A stretch of DNA of 64,000 nt from the IMG/VR virus record IMGVR_UViG_3300020118_000164, positions 29,368 to 93,367 of that record; one strand, given 5' to 3'. A program made the translations under genes and the position numbers. This DNA comes from a virus. Position 1 is the first letter of the stretch, and every line of letters starts with the position of its first letter. Below the pieces are notes generated by a model. That model saw only the letters and a program-made list of their open reading frames with translations, did no database searches and was not told the origin of the DNA. Below are positions 17,673 through 27,011 of this stretch, one piece after another.

Positions 17673-19013
17673 ATGCGCACGAACACCTCCGCCGTCCAAG
17701 TCGCTGTCACTCATGAGGGAGCCAAGGCCGGGCATCAGAAGCCGGTCGAGGCGCTTCTGCGTGCGGTCTCTACCTGCATGCTCTGGGAATCGACCTTCTA
17801 CGAGTCCGGTTCCGAGATCGCCAAGAACATCGAATCCCTCTGCGGCCAGGTGAGCGCGGAAGACTTGGCGGCTGTGGCCGTCGAGGCTCGCCAGCGGCTG
17901 AACCTCCGGCACGTCCCGCTGTTCCTGGTGCGCCAGCTCGCGAAGCTCCACCGCGGGCCGATCGTCGGTGACACCCTCGCGGCAGTCCTGCGCCGGCCGG
18001 ACGAAGCGACGGAGTTCCTCGCGCTCTGGTGGAGGGATGGGCGCGGAGAGACCGTCAAGCTCTCCGCCCAGGTCAAGCGCGGCCTCCGTCTCGCCTTCTC
18101 GGGATGGGATGAGTACCGGCTCGCCAAGTACGCCGGGGCCGGCGACAAGATAAAACTCCGCGACGCTCTTTTTCTGAGCCATGCCAAGCCGAAGGATGAC
18201 GAGCAGGCCGCGCTGTGGAAGCGGCTCATCTCTGGTGAGCTGACGCCGCCCGATACCTGGGAGGTCGCACTCTCTGCCGGCGCCGACAAGAAAGAAACAT
18301 GGGAACGCCTTCTTCGGGAGCGCAAGCTCGGCTATCAGGCGCTCCTGATGAACCTGCGGAACATGACCGATGCGGGAGCTGATCCGGCGCTCGTGCGGGA
18401 GGCGTTGCTCGACGGTCGCGGGAGTGAGCGGATGTTCCCGTACCGCTTCTTGGCCGCGTCGCGGGTTGCCCCGCAGTACGCTGACGCCCTGAGTGAAGCC
18501 ATGCTCAGTTCGCTCAGCGGTCATGAGAAGCTGCCGGGCGCCACCGTCCTGGTCGTGGACGTATCGGGATCGATGGAAAGCCCCCTCTCCGCCAAGAGCG
18601 CGATGCATCGCCTCGACGCGGCCGGCTGCCTTGCCGTGATCCTGCGCGAGGTCAGCGAGTCGCTGCGCGTGTTCTCGTTCAGCAACGCAGTCGTCGAGGT
18701 CGCCAACCATCGCGGATTGGCGCTGAGTCACGCGGTCACGGAGAGCCAGCGTCACGGCGGCACCGAGTTGCGCGCCGCGCTTGAGGCCGTGCGCAAGGCG
18801 ATCCCGAACGCGCATCGCGTCATCGTCATCACCGACGAGCAGTCGCAGGATGGCATCGCCCCGGCCTGGGCGCCGCACTCTTACCTAATCAACGTCGCGC
18901 CGTACAAGCCCGGACTCGAGACCTCCCAGGGCTGGACGCGCATCAACGGATGGTCAGACCGGGTCGTGGACTGGATTCTGATGGAGGAGGCGACCGCGCC
19001 CGATGGGCAGTGA
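17673..19013 (+). CDS. Ro60/Rsr-like TROVE + vWA domain RNA-binding protein
   Basis: LWE.TFYESG, RHVPL, RPDE..EFLA, DEY.LAKY, LRDALFLSHAKP, TWEVALS, ALLMNLRNM, FPYRFLAA; MIDAS DVSGSM and ITDEQ. Confidence 0.93.
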   Translation: MRTNTSAVQVAVTHEGAKAGHQKPVEALLRAVSTCMLWESTFYESGSEIAKNIESLCGQVSAEDLAAVAVEARQRLNLRHVPLFLVRQLAKLHRGPIVGDTLAAVLRRPDEATEFLALWWRDGRGETVKLSAQVKRGLRLAFSGWDEYRLAKYAGAGDKIKLRDALFLSHAKPKDDEQAALWKRLISGELTPPDTWEVALSAGADKKETWERLLRERKLGYQALLMNLRNMTDAGADPALVREALLDGRGSERMFPYRFLAASRVAPQYADALSEAMLSSLSGHEKLPGATVLVVDVSGSMESPLSAKSAMHRLDAAGCLAVILREVSESLRVFSFSNAVVEVANHRGLALSHAVTESQRHGGTELRAALEAVRKAIPNAHRVIVITDEQSQDGIAPAWAPHSYLINVAPYKPGLETSQGWTRINGWSDRVVDWILMEEATAPDGQ

Positions 19014-20847
19014 GTCAACCTCCGCCGCACCCGCTGACCGCCTAACCCTTGACCAGCTAGTCGCGGCCATCCGCCGTCTACCTCCCGGCCTGGAACAGGC
19101 GCGGGCGGTCGCGGCGTTCGCCAAGAGGTATGAGGGGCGGACAAGCGCCGGCCGAGATCCGGCGCAGCGCCGGAAGTATGCGGGCGATCCGTGGGCCTAC
19201 ATCGCGGACGTGTTCGGCTATCCAGCGACGCCTCAGCAGGAAGAGGCGCTCGCGCTCATGGAGGCGCATGACCGCGTCCTTTTGCCCTCCGCCAATGACC
19301 TCGGGAAGACCTGGCTTTTGGGAGAATACGCAGTTTACTACATGGACGCTGTTGGTGCGCAGCTCGATGAAGATACGGGCGGCGAGCAGGGCGCCCGCGT
19401 GCTCCTCCCCGGCCCGGATCACCCGACCATCCGTGCCACGATCTACAACAAAATGCTCCTGATGGCCGAGCGGGCAGAGGCCCGCGGCTTCAAGATGCCA
19501 GGCAGGCGGTCTCTCGATTCCGTGCTCTGGCGCGTGCGTCCGGAGTGGGAGGTCGAGGCGTTCTCCCCGCCGCGGCAAGTTGGCCAGGAGGTCGCCCATA
19601 CCGCGAGCGGCCGGCACCACAGGAACCAAATCGCGCTCATCGAGGAGGGGCAGGGCGTATCGGAGCGCGTCTGGAGAGCGGCCGAGGGCATGTGCGCCTC
19701 CCGCGGAAACAAGATCATCAGCTCGTTCAACCCCACAGAGGCGAGCGGCCCGACCTACCAGCGTTCCCGCCGGAACTATATCGTCATGCACTGGGATGCC
19801 TTCGAGCACCCGAATGTCGTGCAACGGAAGATCGTCATAGAGGGCGCCGTGGACTATCTGGTGACGGATGACCGGGTGAGGGAGTGCCGTGACCGCGGTC
19901 CTTATCCTGGCACACAGCCGGACGCGACCTACGGTGACTTCATTTACGCTGCCCCGACGGTTGAGGAGACGCGTGCCGGCCTCGTAGAGCGAGGCCCGCG
20001 AGAGGATGGCATCCTGGGCCATCCCGACGCGACGCCGCACGTCTGGAGGCCCACGGGGGCTTTCGAGGCCCAAGTCCGCGGGCGCTGGCCTAAGTCGTCG
20101 GACACCGGCCTGTTCAACCCTGGCGCATGGGATGCGGGTGTCGAGCGCTGGCTCTCTGGACAAGATCCGGTCATCCTCCCGGACCGTATCGGCGTGGACG
20201 CGGCCAGAGAGGGTGGCGACGACTGCTGCTACTGTCCGGCATGGGGAGAGACCTCGGCCGCGCTCCTCCGCGCCCATCACCAGGCGCAGAAGGATGGTGA
20301 CTCTCGGCTCCTGGAGGAACTCCGCATCTCGCGCCGAGTTCGCGTCGGGGAGATCCGCGTCGCTCCCAAGGGCGATGGGCCGCTCGTGGCAGAGGCCATC
20401 TTCAAGGTCTACCCATCCTCGCCCTGGGTAGTCGATGAGGGGAGCGTAGGCACCTCCGTCCTCGACCACGCCGCGAAGGTCTTAGGCGCGTCGGCCTCCG
20501 GCATCAGCTTCTCCGGCAAGCGTCCAGACCGCATCCCCGGCGAGCGGCTGGTCTACAACATGCGCGCCTCGCTCTACGTCCGCGCCGCGCTGCTCTTGGA
20601 TCTCGGCCTCGCCGATCCCCCGGATGATCCTCTCCTACGGGAAGAGGTGCTTGCCCACGAGATCGTCAAGTGGGAGGCCGTAACGGTCAAGGAGTCTCCC
20701 GGCGGCAAGAAAGAGACCAAGTATGCCGCCCGCGTCCTGGAAAAAGCCGAGGTCAAGAAGAAGATCGGCCGCTCCCCAGACCGGGCGGACGCGTTCGTGC
20801 TGGCGCTCGCTCCGGCGAAGGCTAAGGGTCGCGGGTTGATCTGGTGA
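19003..20847 (+). CDS. terL: Terminase large subunit
   Basis: Walker A SANDLGKT, Walker B LIEEGQG, nuclease IGVDAAREGGD and GRSPDRADA. Confidence 0.88.
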   Translation: MGSESTSAAPADRLTLDQLVAAIRRLPPGLEQARAVAAFAKRYEGRTSAGRDPAQRRKYAGDPWAYIADVFGYPATPQQEEALALMEAHDRVLLPSANDLGKTWLLGEYAVYYMDAVGAQLDEDTGGEQGARVLLPGPDHPTIRATIYNKMLLMAERAEARGFKMPGRRSLDSVLWRVRPEWEVEAFSPPRQVGQEVAHTASGRHHRNQIALIEEGQGVSERVWRAAEGMCASRGNKIISSFNPTEASGPTYQRSRRNYIVMHWDAFEHPNVVQRKIVIEGAVDYLVTDDRVRECRDRGPYPGTQPDATYGDFIYAAPTVEETRAGLVERGPREDGILGHPDATPHVWRPTGAFEAQVRGRWPKSSDTGLFNPGAWDAGVERWLSGQDPVILPDRIGVDAAREGGDDCCYCPAWGETSAALLRAHHQAQKDGDSRLLEELRISRRVRVGEIRVAPKGDGPLVAEAIFKVYPSSPWVVDEGSVGTSVLDHAAKVLGASASGISFSGKRPDRIPGERLVYNMRASLYVRAALLLDLGLADPPDDPLLREEVLAHEIVKWEAVTVKESPGGKKETKYAARVLEKAEVKKKIGRSPDRADAFVLALAPAKAKGRGLIW

Positions 20848-20851
20848 GGCG

Positions 20852-20881
20852 TTGACCAGGTACCGCGCACCATGCTATGGT
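20852..20881 (+). promoter_or_regulatory. Promoter TTGACC-N18-TATGGT with operator A (20869-20881)
   Basis: Operator overlaps the -10; ATG at 20889. Confidence 0.7.
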
Positions 20882-20888
20882 TCAGGGT

Positions 20889-21353
20889 ATGTTCTCAAGC
20901 GAAGTGATTTTCATCCTGACCGTGGCCTGCGTGAGCTTCGGCCTCGGCATGTGGCCAGGTCGTCACCGGCGCCCTCCGGCCACGGCAGTTGCGGCTAGGC
21001 GTTGCGCCCCGAATGACTCCTCGGATGACGCGCATCCCCTGCTCACGCCATTCCTGCGCCCAGATGGCGATGATCCCGCCGAAGGGACGATCCCAAAGTG
21101 CGCTCTTTGTGGAGAAACCGCGCCGCATCCCCATAGCATCGAGGAAATCGGCGCCTGGAGGGGCGATCACGGCCTCGTGACGCGGGACACCGCCGAATCA
21201 AGGCTTGAACGGGCCCGCATGGAAGTATCGCTGGCCGAATCCCTCGCGGCGACTGAGATTGAGCGTGCCCGAGCCAAGTTGAGGGATGCAGAGATCAGTC
21301 TGGGATACATGGCCGAGAACGGCCCGACTAGGGCGGCGTCATGTCCGGACTAA
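20889..21353 (+). CDS. Membrane-anchored hypothetical protein
   Basis: N-terminal TM helix, CxxC, C-terminal coiled coil. Confidence 0.5.
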   Translation: MFSSEVIFILTVACVSFGLGMWPGRHRRPPATAVAARRCAPNDSSDDAHPLLTPFLRPDGDDPAEGTIPKCALCGETAPHPHSIEEIGAWRGDHGLVTRDTAESRLERARMEVSLAESLAATEIERARAKLRDAEISLGYMAENGPTRAASCPD

Positions 21354-21653
21354 TCCTCTTGTTCGCCTGCCTCGCAATGGACCGGCATCGGACCGTGAGC
21401 TTCGGCGGCATCCAGTTGACTGATGTCGCGACTGATGACGCGACACTCCTGGCGCGCTTACTCAAGTCGATGCACGTTGGCCTTCCTCATAGACACTCGA
21501 TCTACATAATCCGCGGAGAGGGCGCGCGCATCGCCCCTCCACCAGTCCCTCTGAGCGACCTCTCTCGGTGGCTATCTGATCGCCGCCGTCTTCACTCTGT
21601 CGCCCGGCGCCATACTGGCTTATGGGCTCACCGCTGACCCGGAACACGTCTTC

Positions 21654-21884
21654 GTGTTGAGCATGTTGATTTCCTTGGCGCCTGAAGAGATCGGCCTGAC
21701 CGCCGGATTCGACCTCCGCAAGCTGCGCGAGAAGAGCCCGGACGGCATGAGCCTGAAAGACGCAGCCGTAGCGGTCGGCGTCTCGCTCTCCTACCTCTCT
21801 GACGTAGAGCGCGGCTACCGACCCGTCTCGCCGAGGGTCGAACGGGCCTACTACCGCCTCTTCTCCGGCAGGCCCACCGAGTGA
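21654..21884 (+). CDS. XRE/Cro-like HTH protein
   Basis: LRKLRE..MSLKDAAVAVGVSLSYLSDVERG. Confidence 0.85.
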   Translation: MLSMLISLAPEEIGLTAGFDLRKLREKSPDGMSLKDAAVAVGVSLSYLSDVERGYRPVSPRVERAYYRLFSGRPTE

Positions 21885-22111
21885 CGGCAGAGTCCCGAAC
21901 CGTCGCCGTGCTACTCTGTAGCGGATGGATCTTGCTCACCTGGGGGGTGGCCGAGCTGACATCTCGCTGGGCGTGGCCCATCGGGCTCGGGCTCGGGCTG
22001 CTCATTGCGGGCTGTGCCTTCGGGTGGGCGATGATCCGGGAGGCTCGCCATGAAGCAGCGGCTCTTCGCGGTCCCCAACCTCCTGCGGGCGGCATCCCTC
22101 CCGAGTACTGA
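21881..22111 (+). CDS. Small two-TM protein preceding portal
   Basis: Two hydrophobic helices; position typical of HK97-like head operons. Confidence 0.6.
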   Translation: MTAESRTVAVLLCSGWILLTWGVAELTSRWAWPIGLGLGLLIAGCAFGWAMIREARHEAAALRGPQPPAGGIPPEY

Positions 22112-23423
22112 CAAGACGACGGCGATGACGTTTCTCCCATGGGGCGCCGGCCGCTGGCCGCTCCAACGGGACTACGACCCCACCGAGTCCTACATCCAAG
22201 GCTGGGATGCCTGCTGTTGGGTGTTCGCCTGCGTCTCCCGGATCGCGCAGTGCGTCAGCTCCCTGCAATGGATCGTCAAAGAGAGGCGCAAGGGCTCGGA
22301 CAAGTGGGAGCCGATTCCCGGCGGTCATGACTATGAGACGCTCCTAGAGTACCCGAACGCCCGACTCTCTCGGAAAACTATGGTCACGCTCGCCGTGCAG
22401 CACCTTCTACTGCCCGGCGAGTTCTACTGGAAAAAGGTGCTCATCGGGAACCGGGTAGACGAGCTGTGGCCGATGAACCCGCTCGTCATCGACCCGGTCG
22501 CATCGCCGGATGAGTGGATCAAGGAATACCGGGTGCGGCGCGGTACGGTGACGGTCGGCCGCACGGTCCCCGCGGAGGAGATGGTGCACGGGCTCTATGT
22601 CAACCCGCGCCTCCCCTTCCGAGGCCACAGCCCATTCCGCGCCCTCCGCGAGACCGTAGCCATGGACAATGACCAGGTCACATGGAACCGCAACCTGCCA
22701 CGGAACGGCAACGTGCCGCGGGGCGCCTTCGTAGACCCGACCATCACCGATGAGAACGCCCAGGAAGCGAAGGACCGGATCATGGCGCAGTCCGGCCCCG
22801 AGCACGCCGGCAAGCCCATGGTGATCGGGGGACAGGCAAAGTGGGAGCGGATGGCTCTCTCACCGGTCGAGGTGGACTGGCTGAACACCACGAACATGAC
22901 GGTGAAGAGAGTCTGCGCCGTCTATAACGTCCCGCCGGCCGTCATCATCCCGGAGACCGCAACCCGCGGCATGAACAACTCCAACTTGGCCGAGTCCATC
23001 CGCTACCTCTGGGAGCACAGCGCCCTGCCCGTGGCGGATCTGGTCGAGGAGGCGCTCAATCAGTCGCTCTTCGGCTCCCGAGACGACCGCAAGAAGTTCT
23101 GGATTCACTACGACACGAGCGGTGTGAAGGCGATGCAACAGACCTTCAAGGAGCAATTGACCGCAGTGACCGAGGGGGTCAAGAACGGTATCCGGCTGAA
23201 CGACATGCTCTCCCTCATGGACATCCCGATTGATCCCCAGCCGGGCGGAGATCAGCCGGTGCGGGCGAACACGCTCATCGCGATCCGGCTAGCCGGTGAT
23301 GCGGGAGCACGACCGCCCAAGAAGCCGCCAGTGGGCGCGGCAGAGACCTCTCCGGGAGACGCTGCGCCGCCGCCCAGCGCGCCGCCGGCCCCGGATGCCG
23401 CCGTCGCGGCTGCGGGTGGCTAG
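22050..23423 (+). CDS. HK97-family portal protein
   Basis: VFACVSRIA, LLEYPN, ELWPMNP, RGHSP, NG.VPRG, CAVYNVPP. Confidence 0.92.
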   Translation: MKQRLFAVPNLLRAASLPSTDKTTAMTFLPWGAGRWPLQRDYDPTESYIQGWDACCWVFACVSRIAQCVSSLQWIVKERRKGSDKWEPIPGGHDYETLLEYPNARLSRKTMVTLAVQHLLLPGEFYWKKVLIGNRVDELWPMNPLVIDPVASPDEWIKEYRVRRGTVTVGRTVPAEEMVHGLYVNPRLPFRGHSPFRALRETVAMDNDQVTWNRNLPRNGNVPRGAFVDPTITDENAQEAKDRIMAQSGPEHAGKPMVIGGQAKWERMALSPVEVDWLNTTNMTVKRVCAVYNVPPAVIIPETATRGMNNSNLAESIRYLWEHSALPVADLVEEALNQSLFGSRDDRKKFWIHYDTSGVKAMQQTFKEQLTAVTEGVKNGIRLNDMLSLMDIPIDPQPGGDQPVRANTLIAIRLAGDAGARPPKKPPVGAAETSPGDAAPPPSAPPAPDAAVAAAGG

Positions 23424-24133
23424 GCGAGCTTCAGGTATACGGTGAGGAGTTGGCTCGTGCTGCCAGTTGAGGGACTGACGCGAATATAGGCATCGATCTG
23501 CGCGACGACGAAGCGATCAGCCACGCCCTGGATCGAGACCTGCGCGCCAAGAGGAGGCGGCTCAACATCAGAGACCGTGAACCACTCCCTTTCACCCGGC
23601 AGCTTGTAGGAGACGGTGCTCACCGCTCAGCCTGACCCATCGTCAGAATGCCGGCAGGCTTGGGGGCCCCTGGTCGGCCGTTGAGCACCCATTCTTCGGC
23701 GAGGTCGAAGTGATCGGCGATAGCGTCGAAGGCTTCAGCCTCCGGGAGGTCACACTCCGCCACGAGACGCTTCGCGAGGGAGTTAAGCATCTTGCCTTCG
23801 AGGTCGCGCGCGGCGTCATTCACGCCCGGCGGTCCTCGCTGCGCCGTGGTCAGTCCATCCAGAAGGAAAGGCGCGACGCGCGATCCGCGTGCACAGTAGG
23901 TTCTGCACGAGGTGAACCGCCGAGCAGACATCCCCGATATCGTCGGGGTGCTGCACAGGGAGGGCGAGCCATGCCGCCCAAAGAGCGGCGGCGAGTTTCG
24001 AGATTCGGTCCTCCTCCGGCGTCAGACCTGTTTCTGGGTTGATGAACACCTTCCCTCGCTGCTCCCACGCGTGCAGATCATCAGGCCGCAGGGGCGTCAG
24101 CGGGTGGCCGCATACTCCGCAAGTGGCCGTCAC
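23420..24133 (-). CDS. Opposite-strand cassette of small ORFs (23420-23623, 23620-about 23820, 23816-24133)
   Basis: Coupled ORFs downstream of an HTH gene and its own promoter. Confidence 0.5.
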
Positions 24134-24363
24134 CTCCGCGCCTTCACTTCCGCCACCGTATCCCGCTTCACCCGCTCCACCTCAGACGGCTCCACCATCC
24201 TCCGTCCGGTAGGCCCCGCCGGCCGGAACGTCGCCAGCCTCCCATCCTTCGCCATCATCCGCGCAGTTTCATAGCCGAGCCCCAGCTCGGCGGCTGCTTC
24301 CTTGAGCGTTAGCGGCCTAGCCATCGATTCGCAGATCCTCCGCAGGGAGACCAAGTAAGGCAA
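24130..24363 (-). CDS. Excisionase-like (HTH_17) DNA-binding protein; likely start near 24324
   Basis: LTLKEAAAELGLGYETARMMAKDGRL...RRMV..SEVER. Confidence 0.75.
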   Translation of the reverse strand: MPYLVSLRRICESMARPLTLKEAAAELGLGYETARMMAKDGRLATFRPAGPTGRRMVEPSEVERVKRDTVAEVKARR

Positions 24364-24373
24364 GCGTCACCCA

Positions 24374-24402
24374 AGAATAGCCAAATCCACCAAAGAGTTC
24401 AA
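24374..24402 (-). promoter_or_regulatory. Promoter TTGAAC-N17-TATTCT for the opposite-strand cassette
   Basis: Consensus-like hexamers with 17-nt spacer. Confidence 0.55.
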
Positions 24403-24523
24403 GCGTGGCGGATTCTGGAGCTTTCCCCGGTGGCACACTTGCCCCGTGGAACTCGGCCTCCAGTCGATCCCCTTTAGCTGTCTCCCGCTCGCGGTGCAAA
24501 CCAAGCGCCGCGAGTTGGGGGGC

Positions 24524-25405
24524 ATGGGCGTCGAGTTCAAGGCGCTACCGTGTGAGATGAAGGTGGACAAGGCGAAGCGTCGCTATGAGGGGCAGTTCGC
24601 CAGCTACGGCAACGTGGACAAGGGCAACGACCTCATAGAGCCATTCGCCGGCGGCTCCTACCTCAAGAGCCGATGGGACAACTACCTGATCAAGACCTTC
24701 TGGGATCACGAGGTGCCGTGTGGCCCTCGCCCTGACGTGCTAGAGGAGACCAAGGACGGCCTCTTCGCCGCTGGGACGATCACCGATCACCCGAGCTTCG
24801 ATCTCCTCCTCGCCCAGCTAGAGGACGGCACGATCCGCCACGGCTCCATCGGTTGGATCAACCGCGGGTCCGAGATCAAGTCCATCGACGGCAAGTCAGT
24901 GCGCGTGGTCAAGGCGTACGAGCCGGTCGAGGTCTCGCCCTGCTACTACCCGATGAACGAGAAGACGTCCGTCACCCTCACCAAGGCCATGAGCGCTTTG
25001 GGCGAGGCAGCGGAGAGCAAGTCCCTCTACGGGCTGGCGGAGGCCATCTACGCCCTCGCGGGCGCCCGTTCCGCGGTGGATTACGTAGACCAGCTCCTCA
25101 ATCCGCAGCCCGCGCTCTCGCCCCAGGAGGCAGAGATCATCCGCCGAATCTATGAAGAGACGGCCGCGATGTCTGACACTGCGGCGACGCTCTTCCGCGC
25201 TAAGTGCGAGACGACCCCCGACAAGCCGCCCACGGCCGAGGAATGGGGCCGCGTCATCGCGCAGGTCTTCGCGGGCCACAAGTCGGCCTTCGACCTTACC
25301 GGCCTAGAGACCAAGGCCGGCGCGCGCCACTCCGCCGCGGACATGAAGATGATTCAGGCCATGCACGATAACGCCGTCGCTCTTGGAGCGTCCTGCCCCA
25401 CCTAA
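24524..25405 (+). CDS. HK97-family prohead protease with C-terminal extension
   Basis: YGNVD.GNDLI, FWDH, SIGW, EVSP..YPMN; C-terminal KAGARHSAAD..IQAMHD. Confidence 0.85.
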   Translation: MGVEFKALPCEMKVDKAKRRYEGQFASYGNVDKGNDLIEPFAGGSYLKSRWDNYLIKTFWDHEVPCGPRPDVLEETKDGLFAAGTITDHPSFDLLLAQLEDGTIRHGSIGWINRGSEIKSIDGKSVRVVKAYEPVEVSPCYYPMNEKTSVTLTKAMSALGEAAESKSLYGLAEAIYALAGARSAVDYVDQLLNPQPALSPQEAEIIRRIYEETAAMSDTAATLFRAKCETTPDKPPTAEEWGRVIAQVFAGHKSAFDLTGLETKAGARHSAADMKMIQAMHDNAVALGASCPT

Positions 25406-25420
25406 CCCGAGGGAAATGCC

Positions 25421-27004
25421 ATGGAACCCGAGGCCCTTAAGGCCGTACAGACCGCGATCGAAACGGAGATGAAGAAGTTCTCCGAGGAGACGCTCGTCCC
25501 GCTGGTCAAGAAGCAGGACGACGAGATGAAGAAGCACGGCAAGGCGACCGAGGAGACCGGCAAGGCCCTCTCCGACGCCGGCAAGAAGCAGGACGAGATG
25601 ACGAAGGAGCTGGCCGAGATCAAGGCGTCGCTGGCCGAGCAGACCGAGACCATCGGCGGCTACAAGTCGAAGATCGGCGACTTGGAGGAGGCCATCAAGA
25701 AGGGCCAGCGGCCGGGATGGGGCGATCCCTCCGTCGAGGAGTACAAGTCCGCTGGCGCGCGGTTCACGGAATGGCTCGGTGACGAAGGCCAGAAGTCGTT
25801 GCTCGACGGCCTCAAGCGCACCGAGGGCGCCCAGCTCCGCAGCTCCCCGGCGTTCGGCGTCAAGCGCCTGCATCCGCCCAAGGTCGAGCGCAAGGCGGTC
25901 GCCACTACAGACATCGTCCTGGTGCCGCAGCTTCAGCCCGGCATCGTCCAGCTTCTGGGGCCGCGCCTCATGATCCGCGACCTGATGCCGTCCTCGCCGC
26001 TCGGCCCTCCGGGGCTGACGGCCTGGGTGGAGGAGACCGGCTTCTTCTCCGTCGCGACGCAGGCCGTTACCTCGATCACCCGCAGCGGCTCGGTGGCCAC
26101 GGTCACCACGACTGCGGCCCACGGCCTGCGTAGCATGGACCGGGTCCAGATCGCTGGTGCCGCACAGCCCGAGTACAACGTCATCGGCCGCGTGACCGTC
26201 ACCGGCGCGACGACCTTCACCTACGCGGTGAGCGGCACGCCGGCGACTCCCGCCACGACCACGACCGCGCTCACCGCGAACCGGATGAACAATTTCGGTG
26301 CCGCTGCGTTCGTGGCCGAAGGTAGCCCGAAGCCGGAAGCCGGTCTCAAGCTCACGGAGCGGACGGGCCGGGCCGAGGTCATCGCGCACTGGCTCACCGT
26401 GACCCGCCAGTCACTCGACGACATGCCCGGCCTCCGTGCGCAGATCGACAACCGCCTCCTGACCGGCCTCGATTACGCCGAAGAGCAGGCGATCCTCTAC
26501 GGCAACGGCAGCACGCCCAACGTCCAGGGCATCATGACTCACCCCAACGTCCAGAAGTACAACTGGAGCGCGGGCAAGGCAGGCGACAACAAGATGGACG
26601 CGATCCGGCGAGCGATCACCCGCGTCCAGCTCGCCTTCATGACTCCGAGCGGCGGAGTGGTCAATCCCCTCGACTTCGAAGACATCGAGACCGCCAAGGG
26701 CTCGACCGACTACTACATCTGGATGCAGGCGCCCGGCGCCGGTGCCGGAGATCGTGTCTGGCGCCTGCCGCTCGTCGTGACCCCGGCGATCGTCGAGAAG
26801 GACTTTCTCATCGGCGCCTTCGCTGAGGGCGGCGAGATCCGAGAGCGAGAGGACAACACGATCCGCTTCTCGGACAACGTCGGCACGAACTTCACCTCCA
26901 ACCTCCTCGTGATCCTGGCGGAGGAGCGGATGCTGCCGGTCTGGTATCGCCCGGAGGCGTTCGTGGCCGGTGACTTCGACAACGCCCCGGTCGTGACGCC
27001 GTAA
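25421..27004 (+). CDS. HK97-fold major capsid protein with delta domain and inserted domain
   Basis: N-terminal coiled coil; VAEG.PKPE, IAHW..VTRQ.LDD, E.AILYGNG, VVNP.D, ILAEER. Confidence 0.93.
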   Translation: MEPEALKAVQTAIETEMKKFSEETLVPLVKKQDDEMKKHGKATEETGKALSDAGKKQDEMTKELAEIKASLAEQTETIGGYKSKIGDLEEAIKKGQRPGWGDPSVEEYKSAGARFTEWLGDEGQKSLLDGLKRTEGAQLRSSPAFGVKRLHPPKVERKAVATTDIVLVPQLQPGIVQLLGPRLMIRDLMPSSPLGPPGLTAWVEETGFFSVATQAVTSITRSGSVATVTTTAAHGLRSMDRVQIAGAAQPEYNVIGRVTVTGATTFTYAVSGTPATPATTTTALTANRMNNFGAAAFVAEGSPKPEAGLKLTERTGRAEVIAHWLTVTRQSLDDMPGLRAQIDNRLLTGLDYAEEQAILYGNGSTPNVQGIMTHPNVQKYNWSAGKAGDNKMDAIRRAITRVQLAFMTPSGGVVNPLDFEDIETAKGSTDYYIWMQAPGAGAGDRVWRLPLVVTPAIVEKDFLIGAFAEGGEIREREDNTIRFSDNVGTNFTSNLLVILAEERMLPVWYRPEAFVAGDFDNAPVVTP

Positions 27005-27011
27005 GGAGGCG

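Noticed and set aside
17655-20469. Long minus-strand ORFs 17655-18878 and 19078-20469
   Set aside because: Antisense shadows of TROVE and terL, typical of high-GC coding DNA
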